From: Styela clava
Lineage: Eukaryota
Direction of reading: 5' to 3'
Assembly (NCBI RefSeq): GCF_964204865.1
Contig: NC_135250.1
Location: 2,356,001 to 2,420,000, forward strand
Length of the DNA stretch: 64,000 bases
A model generated the notes under the pieces. That model was not told where the DNA came from, ran no database searches, and saw nothing but the letters and a program-made list of their open reading frames with translations. Each line of letters begins with the position of its first letter. Within the stretch, counting starts at the first letter, position 1. Below are positions 1 through 13,229 of this stretch, one piece after another. The position numbers were made by a program, and so were the translations under genes.

Positions 1-92
1 TGGTGCATCGTGATAAGCGTTGGAAATACGCTTGCTATCGCAACCCTGTGTGGGTTCCATAGTGATATCTTATTCTTATCAATATACTTTAC

Positions 93-301
93 CTGGCCAC
101 TAGTGAGATCGCCAAATCCGATTGTGCTGTACGCCGTTATGGTGTAATAAAAGGATGTTAAATATGACCAATCAGATTCCGTCACGTGATACATTAATGA
201 CGTCATAAATACAATGAAAAGTGTGATTGATGACAGTGCTAGAAGAACGTGGAATGGCGACGCTTTGTATGATTCTCTCTTTTTTCTTTGGCCGAATCTA
301 T
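93..301 (-). CDS. KCNK13: THIK-like K2P channel, coding exon 3 (M3, pore 2); gene continues beyond window start
   Basis: Acceptor tttgttacag| and donor CAG|gtaaag. Translation ..YKASPFHVLLALSSITLFIVFMTSLMYHVTESDWSYLTSFYYTITAYSTIGFGDLTSGQ. Phases are compatible with exon 2. Not present in the supplied ORF track. Confidence 0.9.
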
Positions 302-497
302 CTGTAACAAAATACGAATACTTGGAATTTTCACCAATAACTTTAGTTATGTGAGATGGACAGCTACTTCACAAGTGTTTTCCTGACCGTCTTGACCTGA
401 AATGCTTCAAGTTATGGGTAAGTACCACCATAAAATGAGTTTACCTACTGTAACTCTTGGCATTTCAGTATTGTTCCATAGTTTGGTTAGAGATTAG

Positions 498-726
498 AAT
501 ACTCCCGAAGTATGTGAATCAAGATGGCGGGCACCGAAACGTAGTATGTGTACCAGGTTAGGGTTAGACCAATATATCATTCCAATTTTCCTTATTTTAG
601 TTCCATCACGATTTCGGGGACTAGCCAAGTGACTCCCATAGTATTTGTACCTGAAATTATGGCCTAACCTGGTATACATGCTACTTTCCGGTTCCGCCAT
701 ATTGGTTCACATATTTCGGGAGAACC
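498..726. mobile_element. Merlin-type MITE, long (~230 bp) family, in K2P intron 2
   Basis: TIRs ctcccgaagtatgtgaa.caagatggcgg; degenerate 8-bp TSD gagattag/gagatcat. Confidence 0.75.
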
Positions 727-793
727 GAGATCATTTGGGCAGCTGAGCCGTGTCTTTTATACGCTAAATACGTCATTGAATACGAGCACTTAC

Positions 794-976
794 TTCTAAC
801 TATCTTTGGCTTTGATTTCCTCTTTGACTTGACCCATGATATGAACTTAGTGAAATATGTGATGAATCTTGACAACCAAGTATTGAAAAAGAGAAAAACT
901 GCGGGGCATCCCAAGAGACAGTAGAATATGAAAACGATTCGTCCAGCTGTCGTCTTGGGCGTTGCTACTCCGAAAC
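794..976 (-). CDS. KCNK13: THIK-like K2P channel, coding exon 2 (end of pore 1, M2)
   Basis: Acceptor ttttttcag| and donor A|gtaagt. Translation (G)FGVATPKTTAGRIVFIFYCLLGCPAVFLFFNTWLSRFIT...; TIGFG in pore 1 and the GC..LFFN..L.R.IT pattern are THIK-like. Confidence 0.9.
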
Positions 977-1741
977 CTGAAAAAAATTCTATTTCAAACT
1001 CTTTGGCCTGAGATTAAAACGCTGATTACAGCTTTGACATCTCGAGGTAAAATACAATGTATGCCGCATCCTCTATTAATCTTAATGGGCGATAGGGTTA
1101 TACAGACTAGGGTAGGGTATCTCAAACTGGGACCTAGGGGGTCACATAGCGATACACTGGGGGCCAGGAGCAAGGACCTTCTTCGCTAGGTAACCCCGCC
1201 AGTACAACATTTTCTCGAAGTAAATTGTCTAGTTTTTTGACCATGGTTCATTTTTGCATGGTGAAGTGTGTGTATCAATATGGAGGGAACTAATTTTGTT
1301 CGCATACTTCACATCAAGTTGTGTAAAGGGACTGAAACCTATGGGCAGGGGGATATTCACTTGGCTAACTCAGACAGTCCCCGAACTCGCAATAGAACTA
1401 AAATAATAAAATGGGAATAAACTAACCATAACCTGGCACACATACTACTGGGATATCCGTTTTTACTTTCGTTTACTGGGTTTTTATTTTAAACGCGGTG
1501 AATATAGAATAACTGATAGAAACTCAATAAACACGAAAAAGGGCTTGTCATTGCTGATTGATGCAGATGGAAGAAAACTCGTTGAGAAAATTTAGTTCCG
1601 AGTGTAGTTGTGAAAATCACAGAAGAGTAAACATAGATAGATAAAAACAGAAATTACGTCTAAGAGAGTTTGCGTGTCCTCGCTTTTAGCAAATTTTTGT
1701 GAAAAAAGAAAAAAAAATTCCACAAATTAAACGCTCATCAC

Positions 1742-2078
1742 CTATAGTTGTAACCACGGTTCCACAGAATGTAAACGCGCCAATGAAGCTCCATTTATTA
1801 GTGTGCGATTCTTCATAATATAAATCACTCGCTGTATATCCGTTTAAAACCAATAAATCATATTGAAGAAAAAGACTTGTCATTTTTTCCAAAGAAACGT
1901 TCAATTCCGCAGACATATTCCGAATTTCTTCCTTCATGATTTTTCTTAGTTCAATCTCGTTCGGAGCTTCTATTAAGGAGAATATAATCGCTCCCAGCAT
2001 CAGATAAATTACAATAAATACTCCGAGTAGAGGGAGAAATAACCGACTCGGCTCCTTTGCATTCTCCGATGACGTCAT
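1742..2078 (-). CDS. KCNK13: Two-pore-domain K+ channel, THIK (KCNK12/KCNK13)-like, coding exon 1 (M1, cap, pore 1 up to TIG)
   Basis: ORF MTSSENAKEPSRLFLPLLGVFIVIYLMLGAIIFSLIE...WSFIGAFTFCGTVVTTIG. Phase-1 GT donor at 1741 lies at the conserved K2P TIG| position. The symbol is for the closest family member; orthology to KCNK12 versus KCNK13 is unresolved. Confidence 0.9.
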
Positions 2079-5000
2079 TCTTGACGTCAGGTAACCATTG
2101 GTGCTATATATAAATAGTTTTTATAATATAGTGCTTTTGAACTATACTTGACTTATAGCATATTGAATATTAATCTGAAAATATTTAATATTTGTTAAAA
2201 ATCGCCCGTCGACTATTTTTTTTTGATGTGGGGAGGTGGCCGCCTCTCGCTTGCATTGATTCAAAAACTGAAATCCTTTGTCAAAATTGGATGAGACTTG
2301 ACCCAAACTTGAGAAACATTTGTGAGATTCCGTTATCAAATCGAAAGTTTCAATTTTAATCAGCATTTGTAGAATTCTCTACCGTAAATGTAACCTCGAT
2401 GACGCAGTTCAACTTGATAACAAAAACGGAAAATTTAGATAATACAACAGCGGTTATCAGGGGAATTAGCCTTTTCTTAGATCCATCATTACTGAATCTA
2501 GCATTTTATAAAAGCTATCGGTCTATTCGACAAAAAACCATATTTTTGTACCTCAGACGATAGAAAATTGCAAAAACATTACGGGACTTTGAAAGAATAT
2601 ATTTAACGTTATCTAAAAGCTTTTTTAATGCTATTAATACAATTTTTACAAACATTTTTTTTGTTTGTCTAACAAACCCTTGATACATAAACCCCCATAA
2701 TATCTTTGAGAGGCAAACTTTCAGTGTTGTTCGGAACGCGATTTTGAGGCATTCGCAGTGAGACACAAACTCGTACTTCGTTTTCAACTCTATTTTACTC
2801 CATTTGTGATCGATTCACTGATAACCCGACGTTTTCTGTCTTACTATCGTTGCTTCTCTACAAACGATTCATCCGATGTAGAAGAAAATATGATAGAACT
2901 GCAGTGTAAACACCAATCGCCTGACAAATTCACATTTCGACAGAGTATTTCGAATTCGCACGAAGTTAGTGGGAAGTTATTTGCTCCCTTCTATGAAGAG
3001 TTACTGAGAATAAAAATATTTATAGCGAAAGACTAGAGCGGCATTGTACAAGCATAATCTATCAACAAATGCATAACTTTCAATTCCACTTCAGCGTGCA
3101 CCCACGCGAATTGCCTTTTGTTGACCTCGCATAGCTATGTGCGACCAGGCGTCAAAATAATTGAGATAAACAGGCGTTTTATGTGAAAAAAAATTGTTTT
3201 TTCTAAGAATCGTATCGTGTGTTGTATTGTCTAACTGCTGTCCTCGTAACGTAAACGTGTTTATTGTTTCTTAAACAATGGGGTGGGAGCCTGTCCTTTG
3301 GTGGCGTTCTAGAATCTGGAACATGTCATTTTTTTATGATGTTTTCCACCCTTGGCAATGCTTTGAGCAAGTGGTCACAGATATACAGAAAGCTACTATT
3401 GTTTTCAAATAACCGAAATCTTCCAGGTTCAGCACAGTCTACCAAATGTTATCTCTCCTAAGTTAGATGGTGGCATCGAAACTCCGCGTCACAAACATAA
3501 TTATGTTCCTCTTTCGTAATACTAGGCCGCTTCTTCTAGTTGCTTCACTAGTGTTTTGTTTACTGAAAAATGCTATTGGGCGGACTCTTATCAAATTGTG
3601 TCATACCAAAGTATAACTGACAAAACTGATAAATAAAAACTTCTAAATATTTGCTATAATGCTTATATTACATCCCAAAAGCGAAATCACCAGAACCATT
3701 TAAAATTTAAGGTGGATGTCAAGATATAATAATGAATCAATGCAGTGATTTCCCTAGTCCCCCTCCTCGCTGAAATTTTAAATTCCCCTCTAAGATGGTA
3801 AGTCAAATACATAACACATTTTTATAAGCTACAAATAGTTTCGTCGTTGATACCAAAATATCAACCACCCCTCAAATTTGGAACCCCTTTTCCTAAGATG
3901 AAAAGTTGGGAAGCATACTGCCTCAATGTTACACAAGCAACACCATCAAAGATACTTATAAAATTCAAATAATTTTACTGATATTTCTAACAGTCAAAGA
4001 AAAAGAAACCGATGGCCTATTTCCTATAATTATACGCTTCCTTGCACCAGAGACGTCAATTTTTGAGTCATTTTTAATATTGAATTGCGATAATATTTTA
4101 TTAATCGTCCTCGCAATTTGCAAGCGAAGTTTTTGTCTGATCGCTATGGCTATAAACAAGCACCGCATAAAGATACACAAACTGAGGTTTCTGTCTTTCA
4201 ATATGATAGGTAATTTATTTTTTTACCATATGGAAAATACAAACGATACATACACAAATTGAAGAAATATAAAAAACGCACTTCAGAGTGAAGGTATATC
4301 AACTGAATACCGGCTACCAACGAATACAATATAGAACTTCGACTGAGGAAATGGAACAAAAAAAAATAACCCAAACTGGAGTTTTGGGAATCTTTTGTAC
4401 TAGCCACCGCCAAAAGGAAACACTCCCACCAAGGCTCAAAATAATAAAAATAGTAGTTATCCAGTTTGGGTTAGGAATGCAGACTGCGCTGACAATCATT
4501 CATAACCCTAATACTAACCCCAACTAGATAACTACTAATTTGTCATTACTTATCGATCTTTAGATTGGTAAGTATGTTAATATGTATTTGTCTGTCTCTC
4601 TGTTAGATGCACGTGATATATCACGAAGGCGTGGTTGAATCTGCTCCAAATTGCATGAGCATTCATCATATCTCGGACTAGAAGCCTATTGATTTTGGAT
4701 GAATTATGTCGTATAATTAGCGAGTTATCAATTAATTAGTGATGGGACACGCGGTGTCACTATTGAGTCATGAATCGAAACCGCAGTAAAACTTTGGCGT
4801 ATGCAAACAGTGTTTCCTCTGAGAAAATTTTACACTGAGCAAATGTTTGCTTTACAAAGCATGAATATTTTAAGGCTGAGCAGAGTCCTAAAAGATTCAC
4901 AAACTTTGTGAAATATTACAATAGTATAATATATTAACAGAATGCTGACAAATTACACATTTAAAATCCTAGCTCGACGTTTGAAAATATGACGACCCAC

Positions 5001-6407
5001 GCTTTGAAAACGTAATGTTCGAACTGCGCGAGAATGAAATTTTACAGCGCAAATGGTTTGGTGGTACTGCGCAATGGCGAAGTTGCACTAGAGAAGCGTT
5101 TTCGAGAGGGCATTAAGCTAATTAATAATAAAAATATTAGATAGATTTGATATTGTCCGCCTTATTTCAAATATTCAAATTTACACTTATTCTGTTATTT
5201 ACGTTCCATTCACGTATTTTTTTTTAATAAAACATATTTCGCCTTATTATCTTATATTTGTAGCTCATTGTTAGTTAGTTATCTTTGAGGTGGGGCGCGA
5301 GACTTTGACGGGCGCGGCTCAAAAGTTTGAAAACCACTTGTCTAGAGCAGTGGTTCCCAAACTTTCTAGAGTTGAGACCCACTATTTGTTACCACAGCTT
5401 ACGGCGACCTATTTAACTTTAATAAATTAATAAAACATTGATGGAGGAAACAAATTTATTTTCTCAAATTTAATTTTCAGTGAAGCTAGTGAGAAAGATG
5501 AGCTTGTTTCTTGCTATTTTCCATAATAGACTTGACATTTATTTCAATTTCAGATAGTTTTAGACGTAAAAAATTGAAAAGTTGCGGTTTATTCCCAAAT
5601 TTGCTTTTAAATTTGCTTTGCCACCGATCAGTATAATTAATCAAAGCTTTCTACATCTTTTCACGATCCACTGAGATTCCCCTTGCGACCCAACAGTGGG
5701 TCGCGACCCATAGTTAGATTCTGGAGTCGTTGTAAAAAATGTCGGCTTCCTGCGTCTGACTTTCTGTTGACTGTCTAAGAACCTCGACTGAATTGGCAAA
5801 AAATACGAATTCATGCGTAAATCTATCGATTTTACGCCTATGGTGATATATTAATACATGTATTACTTTGTATATAACGTTCCAACAATATGACATTGAA
5901 AAGTTTAAAGCGGTTTGAGTTATGAGGCTGAGACCGCCTAATTAATTTACATATATATTAATATATTGAAAAAAAAACATTATTGTGGCGCGACTTGGAA
6001 TTAAAGATATATAGTGTATTAAGTATACCCATCCTTGAATTTAAGGTCAGTACCGATAACAAGGGCTGGGCATTGTCGAATACCTGATGATTTCAGAATC
6101 GAATATTTTTTCGAATCAAATCTCGAATACTTGGACGATTTGTAATTGTATGTGACTTTTTATTGTAATGGGTTCTTCAGACACATAAGAACGTAGGTGT
6201 TCCGCAGTCCTATAACATAAACTTCATGAGACCATCGAAATAAATGCGCTGGCTTAGCTGTCAGCAAAATGAACTCCTTTCCTCGCCTGTTACATGGTCA
6301 TGTCTTATCCAAGCTATGTTTTAGCTATTAGCCCACCAGTATTAACTTGAATTATTTCCAAAATCATTTCTATCTCAGCGATTAAGCGGATATAAAACTC
6401 TTAATTT

Positions 6408-6690
6408 AAACAAGAGAGCTGTGCTCATATATATGGACACGTCACAAGGTGTCGCTATTTTTTATTCTGACACATAAAAAACGAATCTCTTGAAGTCCAC
6501 AGTAATTCTCGAAATAAGTAAAAGTAATAGCCTTCTGGCAAAAAATTCAATCTTTAACCACTGAAAATTTCAAAGCAATTGGTCCAGTATTCGAAGAGAA
6601 AAGCGATTTCATCATGACGAATGAGAAGAATAATAACAAGAACAACAACATAATATTGAAACGATCGTTATGTACACTGACGTGTCCAAT
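6408..6690 (-). mobile_element. HINE-like element, same family as 51625-51870
   Basis: Shared ends and core ccactgaaaatttcaaagcaattggtccagtattcga. Confidence 0.65.
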
Positions 6691-7086
6691 AATTATTTCA
6701 CTCAAATCACCATTTTCTCGCGCCTCCACATTTTAAACGCCAGACCATCTAACTAACCAACATACATATAAAGCTGCATATCTATCGCGATGGGAAACCT
6801 ATAAATAGTCTTCAAAATTGTCAGTGGAATGCTTCGTCTAGCTGTTTTTTGTACAATACTGTATTAACTTAAATTGTTTTCGATATTATTTTAATCGTAT
6901 CACTAATATCTCACTCGGCTGCCCTAAAAGTCGTATACATAGCTCTTAACATGTCACTCGCTGCTTGTAACGCCCCTGTAAAAAGTCTTCCTACTTTTAG
7001 TAGAGCTTTGCACCTAGACTTCAGTAAATTTTCATTATAAGAACATGTTAGTAATTGTACTGACATCTTTATTGCAATGAAAACCG

Positions 7087-7196
7087 GGTACTCCTGAAGT
7101 ATGCGCACCAAGATGTCGCATAACCTGAATCCTAACCTTGTTCACAACCTGAGTTCAGGTTGTGCGCCATCTTGGTGCGCATACTTCAGGAGGTCC
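7087..7196. mobile_element. Merlin-type MITE, 110-bp foldback family
   Basis: Near-palindromic; TSD gaaaaccg/gaaaaacg. Confidence 0.8.
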
Positions 7197-8805
7197 GAAA
7201 AACGTATATGGGCTATTCCAAGTGACACTACAGGACAATTCCAGAAATTTTGCAAGTTGTTGGATGCAATATATTTTTACATTTTCAGCTACATGTTTTG
7301 TTTCATTGTCCAATCAGTTGCTTTATTGAATATGTAAAAAATTGCACAAAAGTTGCACCCAAGACTTACTTAGTAGATAAAAAAAATATAGTAAAATATA
7401 TATAGTAAATATATATATTCTGGTGCAGTAGCTGAACTACCCCTCTATGTGTTGCTCAAGTTACTTAATGTAGCACTGTAAATCCATGCCAATAATGTGC
7501 ATATTGTATGTGATACTATAGGACAGGACACTACAGGACACTTTCCACGGCCTCCATCATCTCTTAAAATTCTGGTAATAAATCGTTAAATGGGTGAAGA
7601 AATGTCCTACAACACTGCAAACATTTAAACTTTTTTAACTTAAATCCAGTGCGTCAATTCCATATGAAATAACTGTACCACACAATCAAACCCTTTGTGT
7701 CAGGAATCATCACAAAATATGTCAATTATACCAAAATTTCTACATTTCAGGCCATTTTTTATAAACCATCAAAAACCTGGGTGAAACCTGGTCTTTTGAT
7801 ATCAGAAATAAAAAAACTTTCACTACACTTTTCAAAAAATTGATGGAATTCAACTTTTGCTTGGAATGGCCCATATATGGTATATATAGCTCCGTGGTCA
7901 TGTGTAACTAATCCACCAGAATTATTTCTACCCTAAGTTGAAAGCTTTAAATCTAGACTAGCAAAATTTGATCAAAAATTGCCTAATTTCCGCTTCGACT
8001 ACATTTCAGATGCTGCTCTTATTACCTGCTACAGGTTTACTTAACTTGATTGAATCACAGCGCGCGCTTCAAACAGTGCAAAGGAAACGTTGGCGATGAC
8101 GAATATTTTGTTACGTCATAATCTGTAAACAGATGATTCGTCTGCGGTGAGCTAAAGGGAAATATTGCTTTGATTGATGATTTTTATATTTATATTGACT
8201 TAAAAATTGATTTCAATTAGTTTTTTTTTTTTAATTGACAAAAGAATTTTTAGAACGTAATTTTCGAGTCTTAACTAGGGCTGGGGATTTCCAGTCGAAT
8301 CGTGGATTATTCGAATCAATTCGGACAAAAATTTCGAATTGCCTTAATCTTGTTTGTTTTGTCCGCCATAGGCCGAGGTGAAAATTCCTTCCCTTTTTAT
8401 TGGAGGGATTTTTAAAATGCAATCCTGTATTTTCGTCTTTGTGAGTTATTTACTCGCAGTCACTGATAAGTAAACATTTTTATGAGGTCCTTTTTGAGTC
8501 TTGAATCCGAGCAAATCTTTGGGCCACTGCAGCAGCATTGCATGTCTTGTTTATTACACCATAGGGAAGGCCTGTGGTTTAATCCCGGAATCTTGGACAT
8601 AAAGAGCAACGGATTTCAGACCACTTCTGGACCACAGAAAGATTTCGAGATAGGCCACAAAACGATTGAAAATTGATAGAGTTTAGTTAAACTTTGATTG
8701 TAGTAGCGATGAATGATGATGCTATGCTGTCTATCGTTGCGAAAATATTTTTTTTTTTCGTAGTTTACTCCTTGCATGAAAAAGTGAATGAGCCGCAAAA
8801 TATTT

Positions 8806-9035
8806 GGTACTCTCGAAGTATGTGAACCAAGATGGTGGACACCGGAACGTAGTATGTGTACCAGGTTAGGATTAGGCCAGATTTTTATTCCAATTTTCCG
8901 TATTTTAGTTCTATTACGAGTTCGGGGACTAGTCAAGTGACTCCCGTAGTATTTGTACCTGGAATTATGACCTAACCTGGTACACATAGTACGTTCCGGT
9001 TTCCGCCATCTTGGTTCACATACTTCGAGAGTACC
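8806..9035. mobile_element. Merlin-type MITE, long family
   Basis: GGTACTCTCGAAG...CTTCGAGAGTACC ends with long TIRs; inserted into an older hAT-like remnant. Confidence 0.8.
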
Positions 9036-10555
9036 ACATTTTTTGTGCAACAAAAGTGGACCACGAAAGAAATAGTTGAGAACCACTGTACTAGACAGAA
9101 CACTGTGCAAAATGGTTCTTTTACACTCTATTACGCAAATTAATTACATCTCAGTATAATTAATCACTTGAGCCTAGACACCGTAACGTTTGTCAATACA
9201 ATCGACTTTGCCAAATAATTATGTCAAATAAAAATGATGTATGGTCTATTATTGATCGATATATCTAATAAAGCCATAATTATCATTTACATAAGCGATT
9301 GCTGCAGATGGTGTAAACGCTTATCTAAGTCCATTTTTGATTATTTTTAGAAAAGAGGGGGTTCAAAATATATATCGTCATATCTGATTACGTCACTGGG
9401 CCATCATAAAATGTGCATATTCATATATTCAACCTAAATTACCGCGTTTTGCAGTGTAATAAAGCTGTCTTTTTAGCTTTAAAAGTAATAAAGTAACGTA
9501 ATAAATTTAATCAAAGAGCTATAACGACAACAGACTACAGACAAATAATATTGAATTTCAACGTGGCTGTGCGTGCTCGTCATTTGTCTTTTTCAACCTC
9601 AAATCATTTATCGATCATAAATTTTAAGCCGAGTATTTGAATGTAATATTTTAGTCGGCAAGAATTATCTACTATTGAGGCTTTTAACACCTAGTTTGCT
9701 TTTCATTTAAAACACTAGTCTCACATTTCGTACTCTAATCTAACACTTGGCCCGAAGTTCTAAAATCATTCCAAATAAATGAACAGTATTAGTAAAACCA
9801 CACTAAATATAAAGTAACTCTCCATAACAACAATCTCACTTGATATGCTTACCAGTATGCACTATATATCAACACACTAACCCGAAATCTTTAATTAAAG
9901 CAAATAAATATTCCAAAACATTTCATAAGACAAACGATTACATCGATTAAACTATGTTTAATCCCGAACAATTTGCCCTCAATATAATATCTGTCTCAAT
10001 TTATATGCTTACACAAACCATTTGCCTAACATTTTATTTCCATCCTAACCCAGGACATATCATTAATTTCAATTTATATGCTTACTCTGACCATTCGCGT
10101 GAAGTTTTATATCTAACCTATAATATACCATGAATTCCACTTCATATGCTTACTTTAACCCTTTTTCCTAAAGTTTTATATCTATCACAACCAAGAACAT
10201 ACCACGAATCACGATCCATATGCTTACTCTAATGTTCCGACAAAGATTTATACGTATTCTAAACAAGAACATGCCATGAATTCAACTTTAAATGCTTACC
10301 AGTATGCACTATATACCAACGCACTAGGTACAAAGGTTGCTATGAATTAACTAATCCGAAATCTTTAAAGCGAATTAAAACGTCAACAAAAGACGTATAT
10401 CATAAGACAAACGCTTACATCGACTGACCGATGTTTTATCCCGATAAATGTAATTACAATTGAAATCAATCTAATATGTTAAATGAATTGGATCTCAAAT
10501 ATTTTGAATTGATTTTTTTTATCTGGAAACACCAGATAAGGCTTAAATAAAAAAA

Positions 10556-11040
10556 TTTCAAGCTTGGCCCTCGTCCCCGAAAGGGGGCACGGAACGGTTC
10601 TCTGTGGTCAAGATTTTATTTCAAGCTGGACACTCGGCTCCCAAAGGGGCCACGAAACAGATTTTTTTAAGCTGTGCCCTAGAACCTCAGAGGCCACGGA
10701 ACAGTTATCTGTGGGTGAATATTTTTTCAAGCTGGGCCCAGGGGCCCAAAGAGGCCACGGAACGGTTCTCTGTGGGTCCCGATTATTTTCAAGCTGTGCC
10801 CTAGAACCCCAAACGGGCCACAGAACAGTTCTCTGTGGATGAATATGTTTTTCAAGCTGAACCCTCGGCCCCCAAAGGGGACACGAAACAATTCTCTGTG
10901 GGTCCCGATTATTTTCAAGCTGTGCCCTAGAACCTCAAAAGGACCGAGGTACGGTTCTCTGTGGGTTAAAAATTTTTTCAAGCTGGGCCCAGGGCCCCAA
11001 AGAGGCGCGGAAACCGTTTTCTGTTGGTCCCAATTGTTGT
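10556..11040. repeat. ~58-bp GC-rich minisatellite array
   Basis: Unit ttttcaagctgggcccagggccccaaa(g/r)ggccacggaacggttctctgtggg; about 8 diverged units. Confidence 0.9.
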
Positions 11041-11907
11041 AAACTGCTTGCCTGAATCAGTCTAATTTTGATCAGTCGAACGATACAGAAATACACTTGT
11101 GTTAGTGTTCAGCAGGACACTAAATTGCATAGTATGGTATTTCCATTCCTACTACAGCAATACGACTGTAATTCGGTGCTTTGCCAACTGCTATAAATCA
11201 TATTCTAACTATACATACCGCCTAAAGTTTTATATCTACCTATCTATATCTAATACTGAATATACCATGAATCGGCTTCCTTTGCTTTACCCAATAGTTT
11301 TGGATCTCTCCATTCTCGCTATGCATGAAGGTCTGTTTCCTTAGTATGTTCACTTTATGAAAGGTCATTTTTCCCTGGACTCGATGTCTATTTTAAATCT
11401 TAACAGGCCATGAGTCATCCCACTTTATATTCTAACTCTAACCATTTGCCTCACGTTTTATATCTACCCTAACCTAGAATATACCATGAATTCCACTTCA
11501 TATGCTTACTTTAACACTTTTTCCTAAAGTTTTATATCTATCCCAACCAAGAACATACCACGAATCACAATTCATATGCTTACTCTAATGTTCCGACAAA
11601 GTTTTATATGTATCCTAACCCAGAACATGCCATGAATTCCACTTTGAATGCTTACCAGTATGCACTATATACCAACGAACTATGTACAAAGGTTGCTATA
11701 AATTGACTAATCCGAAATCTTTAAAGCGAATTAAAACGTCAAAACAAGACGTATATCATAAGACAAACGCTTACATCGACTGACCGATGTTTTATCCTGA
11801 TAAATGTAATTACAATTGAAATCAATCTAATATGTTAAATGAATTGGATCTCAAATATTTTGAATTGATTTTTTCATCTGGAAACGCCAGATATGGCTTA
11901 AACAAAG

Positions 11908-12636
11908 TTTTCTCAAGCTGGGCCCTCGGCCCGAAAGGGACCACGGAACGGTTCTCTGTGGTCAAGATTTTATTTCATACTGTACACTCGGCTCCCAAAG
12001 GGGCCACAAAACAGATTTTTTTAAGCTGTGCCCTAGAACCTCAAAGAGGCCACGGAACAGTTATATGTGGGTGAATCTTTTTAATATGGGCCCAGAGTCC
12101 CAAAGGGGCCATGGAACGGTTCTCTGTGGGTGAATATTTTTTTAATCTGGGCCCAGAGTCCCAAAGGGGCCACAGAACAGTTCTCTGTGGGTGAATATTT
12201 TTTCAAGCTGGGCCCAAAGGGGCCACGGAACGGTTCTCTGTGGGTGAATATGTTTTTCAAGCTGAACCCTCGGCCCCCAAAGGGGACACGGAACAATTCT
12301 CTGTGGGTCCCGATTATTTTCAAGCTGTGCCCTAAAACCTCAATAGGACCATGGTACGGTTCTCTGTGGGTCAAGATTTTTTTCAAGCTGGGCCCAGGGC
12401 CCCAAAAGGACCACGGGACGGTTATCTTTGGGTGAAGATATTTTCAAATCGGGCCCAGGGGCCACGGAACGGTTCTCTGTGGGTTCAGAATTTTTCCAAG
12501 CTGTGCCCTAGCACCTCAAAGAGGCCATGGAACGGTTCTCTGTAGGTCAAGATTTTTTTCAAGCTGGGCCCAGGGCCCCAAAGGGGCGCCGAAACTGTTT
12601 ACTCTGTAGGTCACGATTTTTTTTTTCTGGGTCCCA
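11908..12636. repeat. ~58-bp minisatellite array, expanded second copy
   Basis: Same unit, about 13 units, inside the duplicated block. Confidence 0.9.
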
Positions 12637-13229
12637 ATTGCTTGCTTGAATCAGTCTGATTTTGATCAGTCAAACAATACAGAAATACATTTGTGTTAGT
12701 GTTCAGCAGGACACTGAATCGCTAAGTATGGTATTTTCATTCCTGCTACAGCATCCTTGCATTATACGCATGCGGATCCAATAGCACAAAGGCATTGAGG
12801 AAGGATTGGGAGTTGGTCTCGCGTAACCTCTACTGATAGTTATCTATTGTCGGCTTTTCACTTATAATCTATTCTTGTGTTTCATGAAATTAAAAAAATA
12901 GGTAACTTCAATACAGAACGCAAAACTTCCGAAATCTATAATTCATAATTTAATTAAGCGGAAACTTCGTTAACAAGCGCTCACAAAATATTTAATGAAT
13001 TCACTCACGGTAACGCGATCCGGGTTTATACCGGTCGGGAATATTTACTGTGGTTTCGTACGAAACTTGCTTGATCTAGTTTCATTTTACCAAACGGTGG
13101 TAATTGTTAGACGTATGGACTTCGCCTTTAACCTGAAGCTACAACAAGGCAAAAAAAGTAGTTCGCAAAATTTAGCGATAACAAATGTTTAGCGGTTTCA
13201 GATTTATAAGCCTACTGTTTGGCCACAGC

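Larger units (their letters stand above)
10108..12754. repeat. Tandem segmental duplication (~10108-11160 and ~11460-12754)
   Basis: Collinear near-identical blocks comprising 71-bp repeat, unique spacer, 58-bp array and hammerhead-family remnant. Confidence 0.85.

Noticed and set aside
1-45. Possible fourth K2P exon
   Set aside because: It would need a ~47-nt intron and the peptide does not resemble M4; the next exon is probably outside the window.
10564-12545. Several overlapping 64-101 aa ORFs with repeated peptides
   Set aside because: They are translations of the 58-bp minisatellite in multiple frames on both strands; the unit length is not a multiple of three.
10556-12636. CRISPR-like appearance of regularly spaced palindromic repeats
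   Set aside because: There are no unique spacers, the whole unit repeats, there are no cas genes, and the context is eukaryotic.
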